Shown here: positions 23,701 to 36,184 of the stretch, piece by piece | How the letters are laid out: each line of letters begins with the position of its first letter | Position numbering within the stretch: the first letter of the stretch is position 1 | Source of the DNA: Lepidodermella squamata | Lineage: Eukaryota > Animalia > Gastrotricha | Direction of reading: 5' to 3' | NCBI GenBank assembly: GCA_047495785.1 | Contig: JBLDXI010000019.1 | Coordinates: 2,046,001-2,110,000, forward strand | Length of the DNA: 64,000 nt | Notes under the pieces: generated by a model | What the model was told of the DNA's origin: nothing | Databases searched by the model: none | Seen by the model: only the letters and a program-made list of their open reading frames with translations | Made by a program: the position numbers and the translations under genes

Positions 23701-26700
23701 TTCCTACGGCTAAATCGAACTCGGAAAATACGAGAAAATCGATATATTTTTGCAAAATCGGTGATTTCTTAATTAATAAAAACACTTAAATGGTAGATGA
23801 GAAGGAAAATGTAAAAAATTGCCATTCTGGCTTCTAGACTGATTGCTTAATTTGAAAATTCGAAAAATTTATTATTTATTCTTTCGTCGTACAGAGTGTC
23901 CCATAAGTAACGCAAGCAAAGATAATATACAATACACAGAAAAGGGTTCAGAAACTCTAAAATGAGAGACCGATTCACATCTAACGGCCAGAAAATATTT
24001 GGAAAAATTCAAAAAATTACGACAATGGTAATCAAGTATGCCAGTTGTTAAAAGGATTAAAAAAGTCCGGAGACATTTTGTCCAACGGGGTAAATACCGA
24101 AAATTACCCAACCAGTTACCATCGGGATTTTCCGGGTTTTCTCCGGTAAATTTTCAATTTCTTCCGTTGAATCGCAGATAGAAGTCGGACTTTTCTCTCG
24201 GTAGGGTTAATTTAAAAAAATTATTTGAATTTCCTACAAAAAGTTGTCAAATTGAAAAATGGCTGCGCAACTTTTGGGACACGCTGCTGTAATTCTTTTG
24301 ATCTTCTGGTCATTGAATATTGGAATTCACGGTCACATTTGATTTCAGATTTCACTGTAGCAGAATAAGATTTTTTAAAAATTTGAAAAAGCTTCATATT
24401 TAACCAAAATATTCGACCACTTTGAAGTGAAATTCTTAATCATTTCGATTTTTTCTCTCCTTGTTAGCCGGCCCGTCGTTCTACATCATAACCGGGCCGA
24501 ACATGGGCGGAAAATCCACGTTCCTGCGCTCAGTCGCCCTCGCATCGCTGATGGCTCAAATCGGGTCATTCGTCGCCGCCGACGAGGCCGAAATCGCGCT
24601 GGTCGACGCTATTCTGGCCCGCGTCGGCGCCTCCGACTGCATTGTCCGCGGCGTGTCGACGTTCATGGCCGAAATGCTGGACACCAGCGTGATTCTCGAG
24701 AAGGCGACTCCCAATTCGCTGGTCATCATCGACGAACTGGGCCGTGGCACGTCGACGTACGACGGCTTCGGCCTTGCCTGGGCTGTTTCCGAGCATTTGG
24801 TCAGCGAAACGCGGTGTTTCGTGCTGTTTGCGACGCATTTCCACGAGTTGACGCGCCTCGAGAAGGCGTACCCGGCCGGGCAGGTGGCGAATTTGCACGT
24901 TTCGACGCATTGCGATGACAAATCACCGGCGGCATCGGCGCTGACTTTCCTCTACAAACTCAAGCCAGGTTGGATTTTTTACTTACTATTTTCGGTCATC
25001 TTTCTGACTTGTGTTCTCAAAAGGGGTTTGACTTTTTTCATATGAAAACTTATAAAATGTGAATTAAAACATCCGGAAATAATTTTATACCTGGAACCAA
25101 TTTTCATTGACTTTAAAAAATGAAGGACGCTCAAGAGTGGCCGTAAATGCCATAAGAAACGCAAGCAAAAAATGCACGGAAATGGTTTCAGAAACTTCAA
25201 AATGAGGAGGAAGTCCCATCTCATGGCCAGAAAAAATGTATAAAAATTCACGAAAATAGTAGCCAGGTATGTCACTTGTTAATGAGGTTAAAAAAATCGG
25301 AAGAAATATGGTCCAACAATTTACCATCAGGGTTTTCAGTTTTCGAAATCGTGGATAAATGATGGAAGTGGGCTAAATTTCTAAAAATTGGTTTACATAA
25401 ATTCCTAAAATTTTCCCTAAAATTACGAATATTTGCACAATTTCTGGGACTTGATTAAAGTCGATATGATTGGGAGTTGTCTACTTGATGTTTTTTCGGG
25501 AAAACCGTTCAAAGTCAGGCTTTTCTACATCACTGGGCGTCATTGTGCTAAATTGTGCTAAATTGTGCTTATCCCGGGTTCGAGGGGAATTTCCACATTG
25601 CAGATTGCAGAGAAGATTAGAGCTTCGGATCGAATCCAAATAGGCGAATTTTGAAGTTTGGAGCTGTGAGTGCTGTAAATCAAACATAATGGGTTTAATT
25701 TCGAAAAAAATTATGTTTCTTCGGGCTTAAAAATATGCGTGAAAGTTGATTATTCAGCTGCGGTCTTGTTAATGTAGTCCAGGATGTAATTCAGTGGTCA
25801 TTATCAGCAGGCAGCGGCGCCTCCCTCACGAGTTTAGCCAACGCCTCGTTAGCTTTGCTATAAACGATAAAACGTAGGTATATCAGGTATTCAGGCCGTC
25901 GGTATATCTTGACCCGGGTCAATAATGCCTTGGAGAAAAGGAAAAAAGGAGCCTACTAGCAACACTTCCATCAGTGCCTTTTGAGCTGCCCACTCGAAAT
26001 CGGTAATGCAGCTAGCGATAAACAGCCCGGGGAACAAATATCGGACTACTTCAAAGGCCTTTTTGTAGATCGCGTAGTTTTTCCGTGGTAACAGCATATA
26101 CAGGGTCCGAAAAATCGCGGCGAGCATCACCGGGCGAGGTTTCTGGGCGAGCAAAGCGAAGCTTCACAAGCGTAGCATTCATTTGAGTATTCCGTATCAT
26201 GACTGATTGAGGCAGGGGCACCTACAGCAGCCGCGGCACCGTCGCCGGCAGAGGCAACATCGACAATCGGTGGTGGCACCTTGTCCCTATAATCGTTACC
26301 CTTTTTTGGTTAAGAGACACGACAATGCAAGACCAAAAGGCGTCGAATTCGCCAACGTCCAATTCGAAGACAGCCATGAGCCATGAGTACTTGCGCACAT
26401 GAATATTTGAGTCACTTGCGCTCGCAGCGTGAACAATTTCGAAACAAATTTTATTGCTCAAAAATCATCATCACTGGAGTCATCACTAGAGGCATTGTCT
26501 TCGTCAGTTTCGACCCGAAAAGACGTCGTCGCGCCTTCTTCCGGAAAAATTTCTTCGAACTGGTCAAGATTTAGCGCCAATTTGTCAACCAAATCAATCA
26601 AGCTCAGCCCTTGTTATTGTAGACTTCATGCAGATTCGCGATGTTGCTTCTGACTTGCGATTAATTTTGGCATTCAAACGAGCGTCGATCTGTAGAAGGA

Positions 26701-27622
26701 CGGATCTCATGCATGCTTCTTCGGCTTGCAACAATCGCCAAAAGTCGAGGTGAAAGGGACGAGCGAGACATTTGTCTTGTGGCTCCATCCCTCCACGAAA
26801 TTATTTGTCCGAATCGACTCAGTTGAGACATTCCAATCTTGACATATTACTGTAGCTCAAAATACAGCTTTAACTTTAATTTTAAATTCAATTAAAAAAT
26901 TTCGGAGAAACTCGTTGCAACTGGGTAAAATATCGAAAACTACCGAACTTTTTAATTAATCTGTAGAATCGTAGATTAATTGAGATTTTTATCTTCTTTT
27001 AGCGGAACCAAATTTATTTAATCAAAATTAATAAGTATCACCTTTCTGTTATTTTATGCGCTAATCAAACCGTAACGGGTAATCTTGCCCAAAACCATGT
27101 TTTTCGATGATGATGAAATCGATGATTTTTGGTGTTAAGATGTGCAAGGTGAGCCCCGATTTATTGGTAAAATTTGGTGATTTTAAGATTTTTACCGATC
27201 GAAAACAGTTTTGGCTAATGTTGGAAAATTTTTGCATTTTTTTTATCATCGACAACAATCGATTATATTTGAGTTTTTCTGTCACAGGTCCTTGTGGCAA
27301 ATCGCTTGGTTTGCAAGTTGCGAAGATGGTGAATTTCCCCGACGAAGTGTTGTCCACAGCTCGCGACTGGGCGAGCGGCCTGCAAGCGGCTGATTCCGCG
27401 ACTCAAACGGCCGGTTTCACGACGCAACAAGTCGACGACGCCGAGCGAAAATTCAGCGATTTACTGTCGCAATTCCGCTCCCTCGGCCCGAACGACGACG
27501 CCAAGTTCAAGTCGCTGCGAGATGCGTTCAAGAATGAAGTGCTGTCTGCTGAGGGTGAGAACGCGAACGCTTTCCTTCAATCGCTGGTCAAAAGCGGGCA
27601 AGATCTCGCTGATTCGGCTTGA
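20718..27622 (+). CDS. MSH2: DNA mismatch repair protein MSH2, exons 20718-20759, 20821-20902, 20957-21808, 21860-22231, 22282-22845, 24468-24968, 27288-27622
   Basis: [65 protein letters not shown] and FATHFHEL; all junctions GT-AG and in frame. Confidence 0.95.
22874..23422. mobile_element. Intronic MITE with long TIR and subterminal repeats (MSH2 intron 5)
   Basis: gggactttcgccatcaaaccggaaaattcaaatttca / tgaaatttgaattttccggtttgatggcgaaagtccc. Confidence 0.75.
23892..24289. mobile_element. Tc1/mariner-type MITE, same family as 17533-17891
   Basis: ta|cagagtgtcccataag...gggacacgctg; internal similarity to the 17.5-kb copy. Confidence 0.75.
25760..26800 (-). mobile_element. Degraded, rearranged MULE transposase fragments in MSH2 intron 6
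   Basis: [16 protein letters not shown]...[12 protein letters not shown] (MULE core DFE motif) and [12 protein letters not shown]; boundaries approximate. Confidence 0.65.
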
Positions 27623-28714
27623 CTGTGATTTCATGTGAAAAATTGACTCATTAGATTATTAAGGAGGACTGTTTTATCATCATCCGGTGTTTTTCTTCGA
27701 CGTTTTTAATTTTCGTTTTCTGATTTTGTGGCGACGGCATGCAATAAAAGTACGATATGAGTTTGACCTGTCTACGCTTAATTAGGGGCAATTATGTTTC
27801 ACGGAATGTGAGGTCCGCGGATTTTTGGAAAGCACGACAAGCAAACCTAATTATAATGGCCGCGCGCAATAAAAAGTGCGACCCGAGCACACTCATAAAA
27901 ACAGCGAAATTATTGTCACCTGATTTTTTCATCAGCCTCCGAATCAGGTCGAAACAATCAACTCTTCTGCCTTCAAGTTTTCCACTGACCGAACTCAGCG
28001 GAGTTTATTGGCTGCCGAGAGCTTCAGAAAGAGTAATGGAGTTTTCAGGGAATCGGCCCAATTAGTCTCTGCCAGGAAAAAACACAATGAAGTAGGATGA
28101 CAAAGATTGAAATGTGTGGCATTCCCACATTGTTAATGAAAAAGTCACCTTTACAGCTTTTCAAGCTGAATGCCGAATTTACTCGTACGCTCAGAAAAAT
28201 AGCTGCCATTACAGAACATTCATTGATGATTTTTTTTATTTTTTAATAAACGCCTCGCATTTTTTACTGATAATAATAAACGAGTCGACAGATAGTATAG
28301 CCCACCGCGACTCTGAATCATTTGCGGCCTGAGGCGGCGGGGTAAAATAATAATCGCTTTGGCCGGCGCGGCGCACTAATCAAATAATTCCGCCAAGGTG
28401 ATGACTTGGTTAGGGAGGACTCGATTACGGGAAGTATAAAAAGTGGTAGCTTTTGTACGATTCCAAATCCCGAGTCGAATTCTCATCAACCTTTTTTATA
28501 AATATTTTTATACCTCTCTTTTTATCTCGTTCGAAAATTTCATGATAGCTCAAAAACTATTGACCTCTATATACATAGGTTTTTTCATAACTTCTCGGTT
28601 CGAAATGAGTACTAAACTTGAAAAATACTTAAAAAGTTAAACATTTAATAGATTCGATTAAAAAGAAAAATTCAACTTTTTCTCGCTTGTATTCACAATT
28701 TTTTCAAATCATTA

Positions 28715-28946
28715 CCGTAGAGCGGTACAATTTTGAACAAGTACAAAGTTGAACATTTTTTCAAAAGTACAATTTTGAACGAACGTTTGCATTGAAAATT
28801 TCGTTAATGTTCAAAATTGTACTTCACACTCACGAAAGTACAATTTTGAACACTTTCATTTTTTTCAATGCAAACGTTCGTTCAAAATTGTACTTTTGAA
28901 AAAATGTTCAAAGTTGTACCCTGTTCAAAATTGTACCGCTCTACGG
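28715..28946. mobile_element. Near-palindromic MITE with TA target duplication
   Basis: ta|ccgtagagcggtacaattttgaaca...tgttcaaaattgtaccgctctacgg|ta. Confidence 0.85.
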
Positions 28947-29309
28947 TACCTAATACCTTTAACATACCTTTCGTATGAGAATTATTTCATCAAAACTTCG
29001 CCCAATTATTGTTGTGGATTGCGCTTTTATCTATTGCCGCAATAAAATTGCGCGGAAGTGCGGTCCGCGGATTTTGAAATCCGCTTCTCACACACAAAAC
29101 TCGTCGTTTTAATTGCTACGAAACGACGAAACGTCGAAAGATGAGCGCCGAAATGACCTGATTCCACTATTTTATTGCCTTGGCCGGATAATGAGGGGCT
29201 ATCAGAGAGGTCAACAATTTGAATCTTTCAAGCTCCGCCCATCTAGCGCAGCCGCATCATCGTCGTCGTTTAATGCTGTCATTTTCTCATAATTTGTCGC
29301 TTGTGAAAA

Positions 29310-31705
29310 ATGAAAGGCCAGTCCCTGCGTAAAAAGCAACACTCAGCTGCCAGTGTCAGGCAAACAACTGGCATAACTAACCACCCGTCATTTTCGCGGC
29401 CTGGTTGCGACCCGTTCAACCCGAACTACGCGCCTTGTGCCACCGATTCAATGTTGTCTTCGATTTCCGGTATCCCTCCGCCGGCTGCTCACCAGTCCAG
29501 GTCGAATACTAATTTGTTCTTCTCTGCTGCTGGCTCCTTCGCCGAGAATTCGGCCTCGCCGACGCCGTCGCTGCTGATGCTGAGTCCGTCGCCAGCCTAC
29601 GAAGCGCTGTTGCAGCATGTTGATGCTCGGATCGAACCACTCACGCAGAGTATCAACCGAATCGAAGCCGCTGTTTTGGCGATTCATCAGCTCGTCGCTG
29701 TTAACCAGCAGCAACAAGCGCGTAAGTTGGCTTCGTTCAATTTGTCGAATTAGGGCCGATGAAGCGCTTTTTTTTAGGAAAAGGGCCAAAAAAACGCGGC
29801 GTTTGTTTATAATTTGCAACCATTATTCGCATTCTAATTTGTCATGATTTAGTTAGAAATAACGAAAATGTCCACCTTTGTCGGAGAAGAGTTTAATGCT
29901 CAAGGATGACAAAACTGGTCCCAGAATGTCTTCGAAATGTGGAAATTTAGCCGATTTTTTGCTCTATTCCTATAAATTCAGAGAAATTACAACAATTTAT
30001 AACAGCTCGGAAATTTTCCAAAATAATTCAACTTAAAATCTGCCAAGGAATTAAAGAAAATTGCAATCTTGTTCCTAAGGATAATTTCGCGGATTTTTAA
30101 CTAAATGCTTCAACAAGTTGTTTTTAATTTTTAACTGATCAAAAATATTCTGAAAATTGTGTTCCATTTTTTATAATGTTTTTAGTTGTGAGTGCGATTG
30201 CGATTCAAGCCTTCAACTCATACTTGCCCGTTTTCGCGCAAAACCAGGCGTCTTCTCAACAACCACCAGCAGCCCAGCAGCAGCAACAGCAGCAGAACCA
30301 CCAGGACGGCGCTGGCGATGAAACCCTGTTGGCAAGTGGCGGAAACGCCTCCGTCGATTCTGAGCTGATTTTCGGCGACTCGGTGCTGTTGGCGCGACGC
30401 CGGCGTCGTAGTAATCACCACCGCCGACGACGCGTCAGCGCGGCGCCGTCGATGAGCACAGCTTACTCGTCGCCGATGATTGGCGGCCAGGACGATAACG
30501 ACGAAATTCATCCACCATCAACCTCCAATGCAAATCAGGTGAGCTACCCCGAAAAAAATCGCGTAAAAATTCTGACCGCGGAATTTAATTTTCCGCCTAT
30601 CACTGAAACCTGAAAACTCGGTACGAAATTTGACAAAATCCGCCATTAAATCTGTCAAAATTTTGAGCATTATTTTGCGGTATCCGTCGTCACGTAAAAT
30701 AACTCTTTTGTTGTCTTTTCCATCTGAAATCCTGGAAATTCGGCTTTTCGTTTTGCTGAGATAACTCTGCGAGTTTTTGAAGGAGGATTTTTACAATCGT
30801 CGAATTTATTTTCAACCTCTTATATTTATTTTTATCGACTTCTTTAATAATACATTTATTTTATATTTTAACAGAGCGCGGCCGCGAGGATCGAACGAGA
30901 CGGCTCTTCATCGGGCTATGCCACGTCACCACCGCCGCATTCTATCAATGCTGGTCTAACTGCGTTGTCGCTGTTTACAAAAAACGACGTGTTGCAGTCG
31001 GCGATGGCTCATCATCACTTGACCCCGCCGCAAGTCTGCCCTGAATCGCCGCCGCTTTCATCACCGCCCTACCTCGGCGATTGCAGGTCATCGCGCGCCA
31101 GCACCAGCCGACATGAACCAGTTTTAATTGCAGTGAATAGCGTGGATGAAATCAAAGACGAAAAACCGCTACAGCTGCAAGGCGGAGAGGCTGGTTCCCA
31201 TGTTTTGCAACAAGACTCTCGACAGCGGAACAGCGGCGGCGGGCGGCTGCAACGACGATGCAGCCGCTGTATCGGAATGCTTAAGTAAGATACAGAGAAA
31301 AATTCAATTTAATCCAATTTAATTAAAACTGAGTAATGGCGTTATCATAGAGAACAGAAGTACTTCTGTTCTCTATGGGCGTTATAAATTTGGATATTTT
31401 CAGGAGGACTTTTTATTACGTTCATACCGTTTTATATTACTTTTTTCTTATAACATTTCAGGTCATGTGGACATCGAGCTTCGGTGTGTTGGACTATCGC
31501 GCGTAAAACGAGTTACTTCTGCGCAACGTGCCCGAACCAGCCGGCGTTTTGTAAACCTTGCTTTGAACTGCACAATTCTAAAACAGCTCCGGTGACTAGT
31601 GATACTGACCGCAATGAGGCTTTGAATAATAGCGAGGATCAGAATTCGGGCGGAGATCAACCACTGCTAAAATCAATGGATGAAACTGCCGTGACTTATT
31701 TTTGA
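29310..31705 (+). CDS. Uncharacterised ~472-aa low-complexity protein with a C-terminal piggyBac-type Cys-rich zinc finger; exons 29310-29721, 30186-30538, 30875-31284, 31462-31705
   Basis: Four exons join in frame at GT-AG sites. S/P/Q-rich body, basic RRRRRSNHHRRRR, and RLQRRCSRC...KTSYFCATCPNQPAFCKPCFELHN. Confidence 0.75.
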
Positions 31706-31891
31706 CATTCTGCCGGTTTGCTACAGCGTTAAAACCAAGTGAAGGACTGAATCCGTTCTACTGAACATATTTCTGTAATTTGAATTGACTGAATTCATTC
31801 TCTGATCTTTGATACCTTAGCCGTCTACCTCACCCTTGCGTTTTCTAATTATCATCATTACTGTTATGATTTCTTTGCATTATTTCCACTG

Positions 31892-32053
31892 CAGGGGGGC
31901 CAAAAAGCCGCAGAAGGCGAATTTCATGCGCATCAATTTAATGAGGAGTTTCAAGAAATGAAGGGGTTTCATTGGAATTCTTAAATTTCCTGAAACTCCT
32001 CATTAAATTGATGCGCATCAATTTCACCTCCTGCGGCTTTATTGGCCTCCCTG
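31892..32053. mobile_element. Hairpin MITE
   Basis: caggggggccaaaaagccgcag...ctgcggctttattggcctccctg. Confidence 0.75.
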
Positions 32054-32203
32054 TAAATGTTGAGTTCCCTATAAATTAGTTTAAATTACTGCTGTGGAGT
32101 GAATCTTGTATAATTGATTTGTTTTCACTAAATAAATAGTTGCTCGATGTTGCTTGCTATATAAATTATCGATTTTTTTGCAAAGTTTAATGGCTAAGAA
32201 AAA

Positions 32204-32607
32204 GGTTGTGTGCGAAAAGAGCAAGCGAAATAAGAGCAATGATATATGAGCAATGATATAAGTGAAAAACGATATGAGAGCAACGAGATAAGAGCAGAAC
32301 GACGAAAGAGCAATTATTCATGATAAATCACGAAAAATAGTGGCACGCGATCAGATTTTTTTCTTCTAGCAGACAAGTGATTCTCGACCCATTAAGTAGC
32401 TCGAATTGCTGTTAAACCGCTCCGCTAATCACTTGATAGTGATGAGGAGAAAAATCTGATCGCGTGCCACTATTTTTTCGTGATTTATCATGAATAATTG
32501 CTTTTTCGTCGTTCTGCTCTTATCTCGTTGCTCTCATATCGTTTTTCACTTATATCATTGCTCATATATCATTGCTCTTATTTCGCTTGCTCTTTTCGCA
32601 CACAACC
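32204..32607. mobile_element. Foldback/MITE with ~160-bp TIR, ~14-nt subterminal repeats and a probable 8-bp TSD
   Basis: ggttgtgtgcgaaaagagc...gctcttttcgcacacaacc; flanks aagaaaaa / gagaaaaa. Confidence 0.8.
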
Positions 32608-32749
32608 GAGAAAAAAGTTCAAGCAATACTTTTGGAGCAAAGAAAAAAATCAGGCAGAAGCTATATATTAAAAAAGTGAAAAAATGAAGAAATTGTAGAC
32701 GACAGTGCAGTTAGTTATGCAAAAAATGAAAATGCTAACGAAAAAGGTG

Positions 32750-33121
32750 TAGGACGCCGGGGCTCCTATCTCACCATCCAAAAGTTTCGGCGTGACGTAC
32801 CGGAATAACGCAAAAAATCACGTGCCTTCGGACTAACCGCTTAAAATTGTGGCAAATTGATAATTATTTATTATTATTATTACTGGTTACTATATTTTAT
32901 ATTTATAAATATGGAAAGAATTTGATTTCAATTTTTAAAAGCAGCGCGCGGAACGCGGCATTTTCTCTTTTATGGTCGCAGCAAAAAAATTGATCTTTGC
33001 GTTGCTTTTTGTGAATGAGATTTTTTGCTGATCGCTGCTAATAAAGAGGTTGTTTTTTGCCGCGATAACCTTTGGACCTCATTAAAAATTACAGTCGTTT
33101 AATTCGAGCCCCGGCGTCCTA
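32750..33121. mobile_element. Possible MITE with 16-bp TIR
   Basis: taggacgccggggctc / gagccccggcgtccta. Confidence 0.5.
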
Positions 33122-33498
33122 GTTTCTCTCATGGTCTTGGTAGTTTCATTTCGGTAATAAATTGGTTTCGTGGCTGGGTTTTCAGATTCAGATTCTTTGA
33201 AGCCGCCAACTTAACCACTGAATAGATCCTATTTAGAGCTTCAATTTGATATCTTAATTATTGAAAACGCTATTCTACGTCGGTTAGAAGTTGGTCAGTT
33301 TCGTTTTTAATAAAATGAGTAAAAAAATTAGAAGACCGCGGGCGATGTCTGCGATTTTCCAGCTAAACATAACAAGAGCAATTTTAATTCGTGAAACACC
33401 TTATCGCGTGCTAGTTTATCAAGGTCATATCAGACAACTGTTTTCCACAAAACCTACTTTGACTCATTTCATTGATTAAACAGTCGCGATTTTTTTCA

Positions 33499-36184
33499 AT
33501 GCTCTATCGTAGAAGATTGCCTCTCCCAAAGGCTGTGCAATGCCTTCTCATATTTTTATTTTTATCACCCCTGCTTATTATCGATTTTCTCCACGATTCG
33601 ACATGGCCATGTTTTGAATCGACTGGCAACCAGAAGCCAATTTCATTTTCTGATGATAATTTAACTCCGAGGCAACTCCAAGCCATCTCCCTGGCTGAGT
33701 CAATCAAGAACAATTATTTTGTAAAAATGGCTGAAAAAATGAGATCCGAGCCAATGGGTAACATTCAGTTTTCAACTTCATTCTGCCAGCCGTCGGCATT
33801 TTTAACGAATATTAAGTGTTACGACTTTATGTATTTGGCAATGTCGGCACGGAAAAAGGGCAAAAAGTGCAAATTCCGGAAACATCACCCGTGTTGCGGC
33901 CTGGGCGATCGGCTGCGAGGCTCAGTTATCGCTTTTTATCTCGCAATCGGCACAAATCGTGTGTTCAATTTCGACTGGAAGAAACCGGGCGATATTGCCG
34001 ATTATTTTGAAGTAAACGAACACTTTTACAACGACGCGGAGTTGCCGTATGATTTTAATGAAACTTACAATTCCGAGACTACAAAACTTGTGTTCCATCG
34101 CTGTGAGTTGATAAACAAGCCGTACAGCGAATATATGGCTCGAGAGACGCTGTTAAATGAGACGTCTCGCTTCAAATATTTGAAGCTATTTTCGAATCGC
34201 CACGCTGGGTTGGACTCAATTTTGCGGAACAGTGCGTTCAAGCGGAACTTTGAAGCATCCGCGCCTAGCTTGCTCGAGTATAACTACGATTTTAACATTG
34301 CGATTTCAGCAGCTTTGAGGCTCATTTTCGAGAGGCCTAATGCCAAATTGAGAAATCTGTTTGATGAAGCCATTTCTGCTACGATAGGACTGGATTTCTG
34401 GCATCAGTCGTTCAAGATAGCAATTCAACACCGAAGCTATGGTAAGTCGAAATTTCCAATATCAATGACTCTACGTCTTTTCGGCAGTGAAATTTCAGCA
34501 AATGAGGGTCAAATGAGCAGTGACATTTGAGCTGCGACATTTTGCGCAGTGGCAAATCATCAGTGACAAGTCGGCAGTGATTTTTGATAATTTATCCTAA
34601 ATTTTTCTAATTTTTTTTATCTTTATCTCGATGACATTTGTGCAGTGACATTTCAGCGGAGACATTTCATCAACAGAATTTCAGCCGTATTCAGCTGGGG
34701 GACTGCATTGAAATTGAGCTCGAAAAGTGAAAGTTCAATGCCTGAGATTAAACAATAAAAATTAATTAAGTGTCACTGCTCAATAGTCAATGATATTTTG
34801 TCGCTGCTGAAATGTCACTGCTCACTTGTCTACAAGAATTATTTAAATTAATAAAAAAATATGATTTTTATGGATTTTTTACTGACAAGGTGTCACTGAT
34901 GAAAAGTCACTGCTGATTTGACCCTCATTTGCTGATGTCACTGCTGAAAAGTCTGACCACGCTTTTTGATAATTTATAAATTAATTAAATTTGGGTGTGC
35001 CAAGTGCGCACCCTAAATTTAGGGTTCCAGCAATAAATTTGAGACTCCAGGTTTTTCGAATTTCAAGTCTTGACTAGAATCTCAAATTTTTTGTTATCAT
35101 GTCTAACGGACAGATCTTCATATTACGCGTATTTCGCGCTATGAGCCGTCAGTTTTTGCGAATTATACTTCATCCTATAGAGCCGATATCGATTCCAAGT
35201 ATCGATTTTACAAATCAGTGATTTCCCAATATCAGCCCTCTTGGAACCCAACATCAATAATTTTTCTAGTTTAGCTTAGGGCTTAGAGCATCATGTAGCT
35301 AAAATAAAAAATCCTAGGTTCAGTATCGATCACAAAACGATAACGCCGAAATCGCAAAGAATCTGAAAAATTTAGTGCTAGGACGCTTAAATTTAGCGCT
35401 GGAAGCTCATTTTTAGTGGAGGAAATATTTGGACTCAGTATTTGGTGTAAATAAGCAATAGTGTTCGATGTTTAGTTTAGCGCATTTCGCGTTAGCGCAA
35501 ATGTCGTTGGGGAAAGTGGCGCCCTAAGATTAGTACGTTGGGCTTTCGAAGTATATTTCATATAGAATTTTACGGTCATTTGATCAGCTAGATAGATAGA
35601 TCAGATACGAGAGCGAGTTGAATATTGAAAGTCGGGTTTCGCTCCCAAAATTTTCATCAAAGGATTAATTTGTACATTCTTCTCTTTTAGGGATCGATGA
35701 CATGTATCAGTATTATATTGGCGACGTTCGTTGTCAAGCTGAAGAAGCCATAAAGCTCTTGAACAGCGCAAACATCGCAAATGGCAAAAGCGTTGCAATT
35801 TTTCTGACAACTGATACGAATCGGGCTTCTGATGATTTGAAGCGGTTTTTGGCTGAAGAAATCGCGAAATCTCCGCGAACAATCAAAATTTTCATGACCG
35901 ATGGCATCCATAACATGACGATTCAGCATGTCGATAGGATAAATGGCGTGGATGACGAAGCTGTTTGGATGGGCGGGGCGAAAACGTACCTCGACTGGTT
36001 GCTGTTGACGAGAATGGACCGGCTGGTGATAACGCGAAGCGGGTTCGCCGAATCGGCTGCTCATCTTTCGCTGGCTACAACTCGGCGGCTCGTATCTCGC
36101 AATGAAGTGCCATGCAAATTCGATGATCACAGTGGCAGGACTTTGCCGGAGACATCCATGGGTCCTGAGAAAGATTTATATTAA
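33499..36184 (+). CDS. Fucosyltransferase-like protein B, exons 33499-34441 and 35691-36184
   Basis: Paralog of 15214-17063 with the same motifs and the same phase-1 intron. Confidence 0.8.
34477..34951. mobile_element. Intronic MITE with repeated CAGTGACA motifs
   Basis: cagcaaatgagggtcaaatgagcagtgac / gtcactgctgatttgaccctcatttgctg. Confidence 0.7.

Noticed and set aside
18267-27622. Parallel with vertebrate MHC class III HSPA1-MSH5 linkage
   Set aside because: The gene here is MSH2, not MSH5; treated as coincidence.
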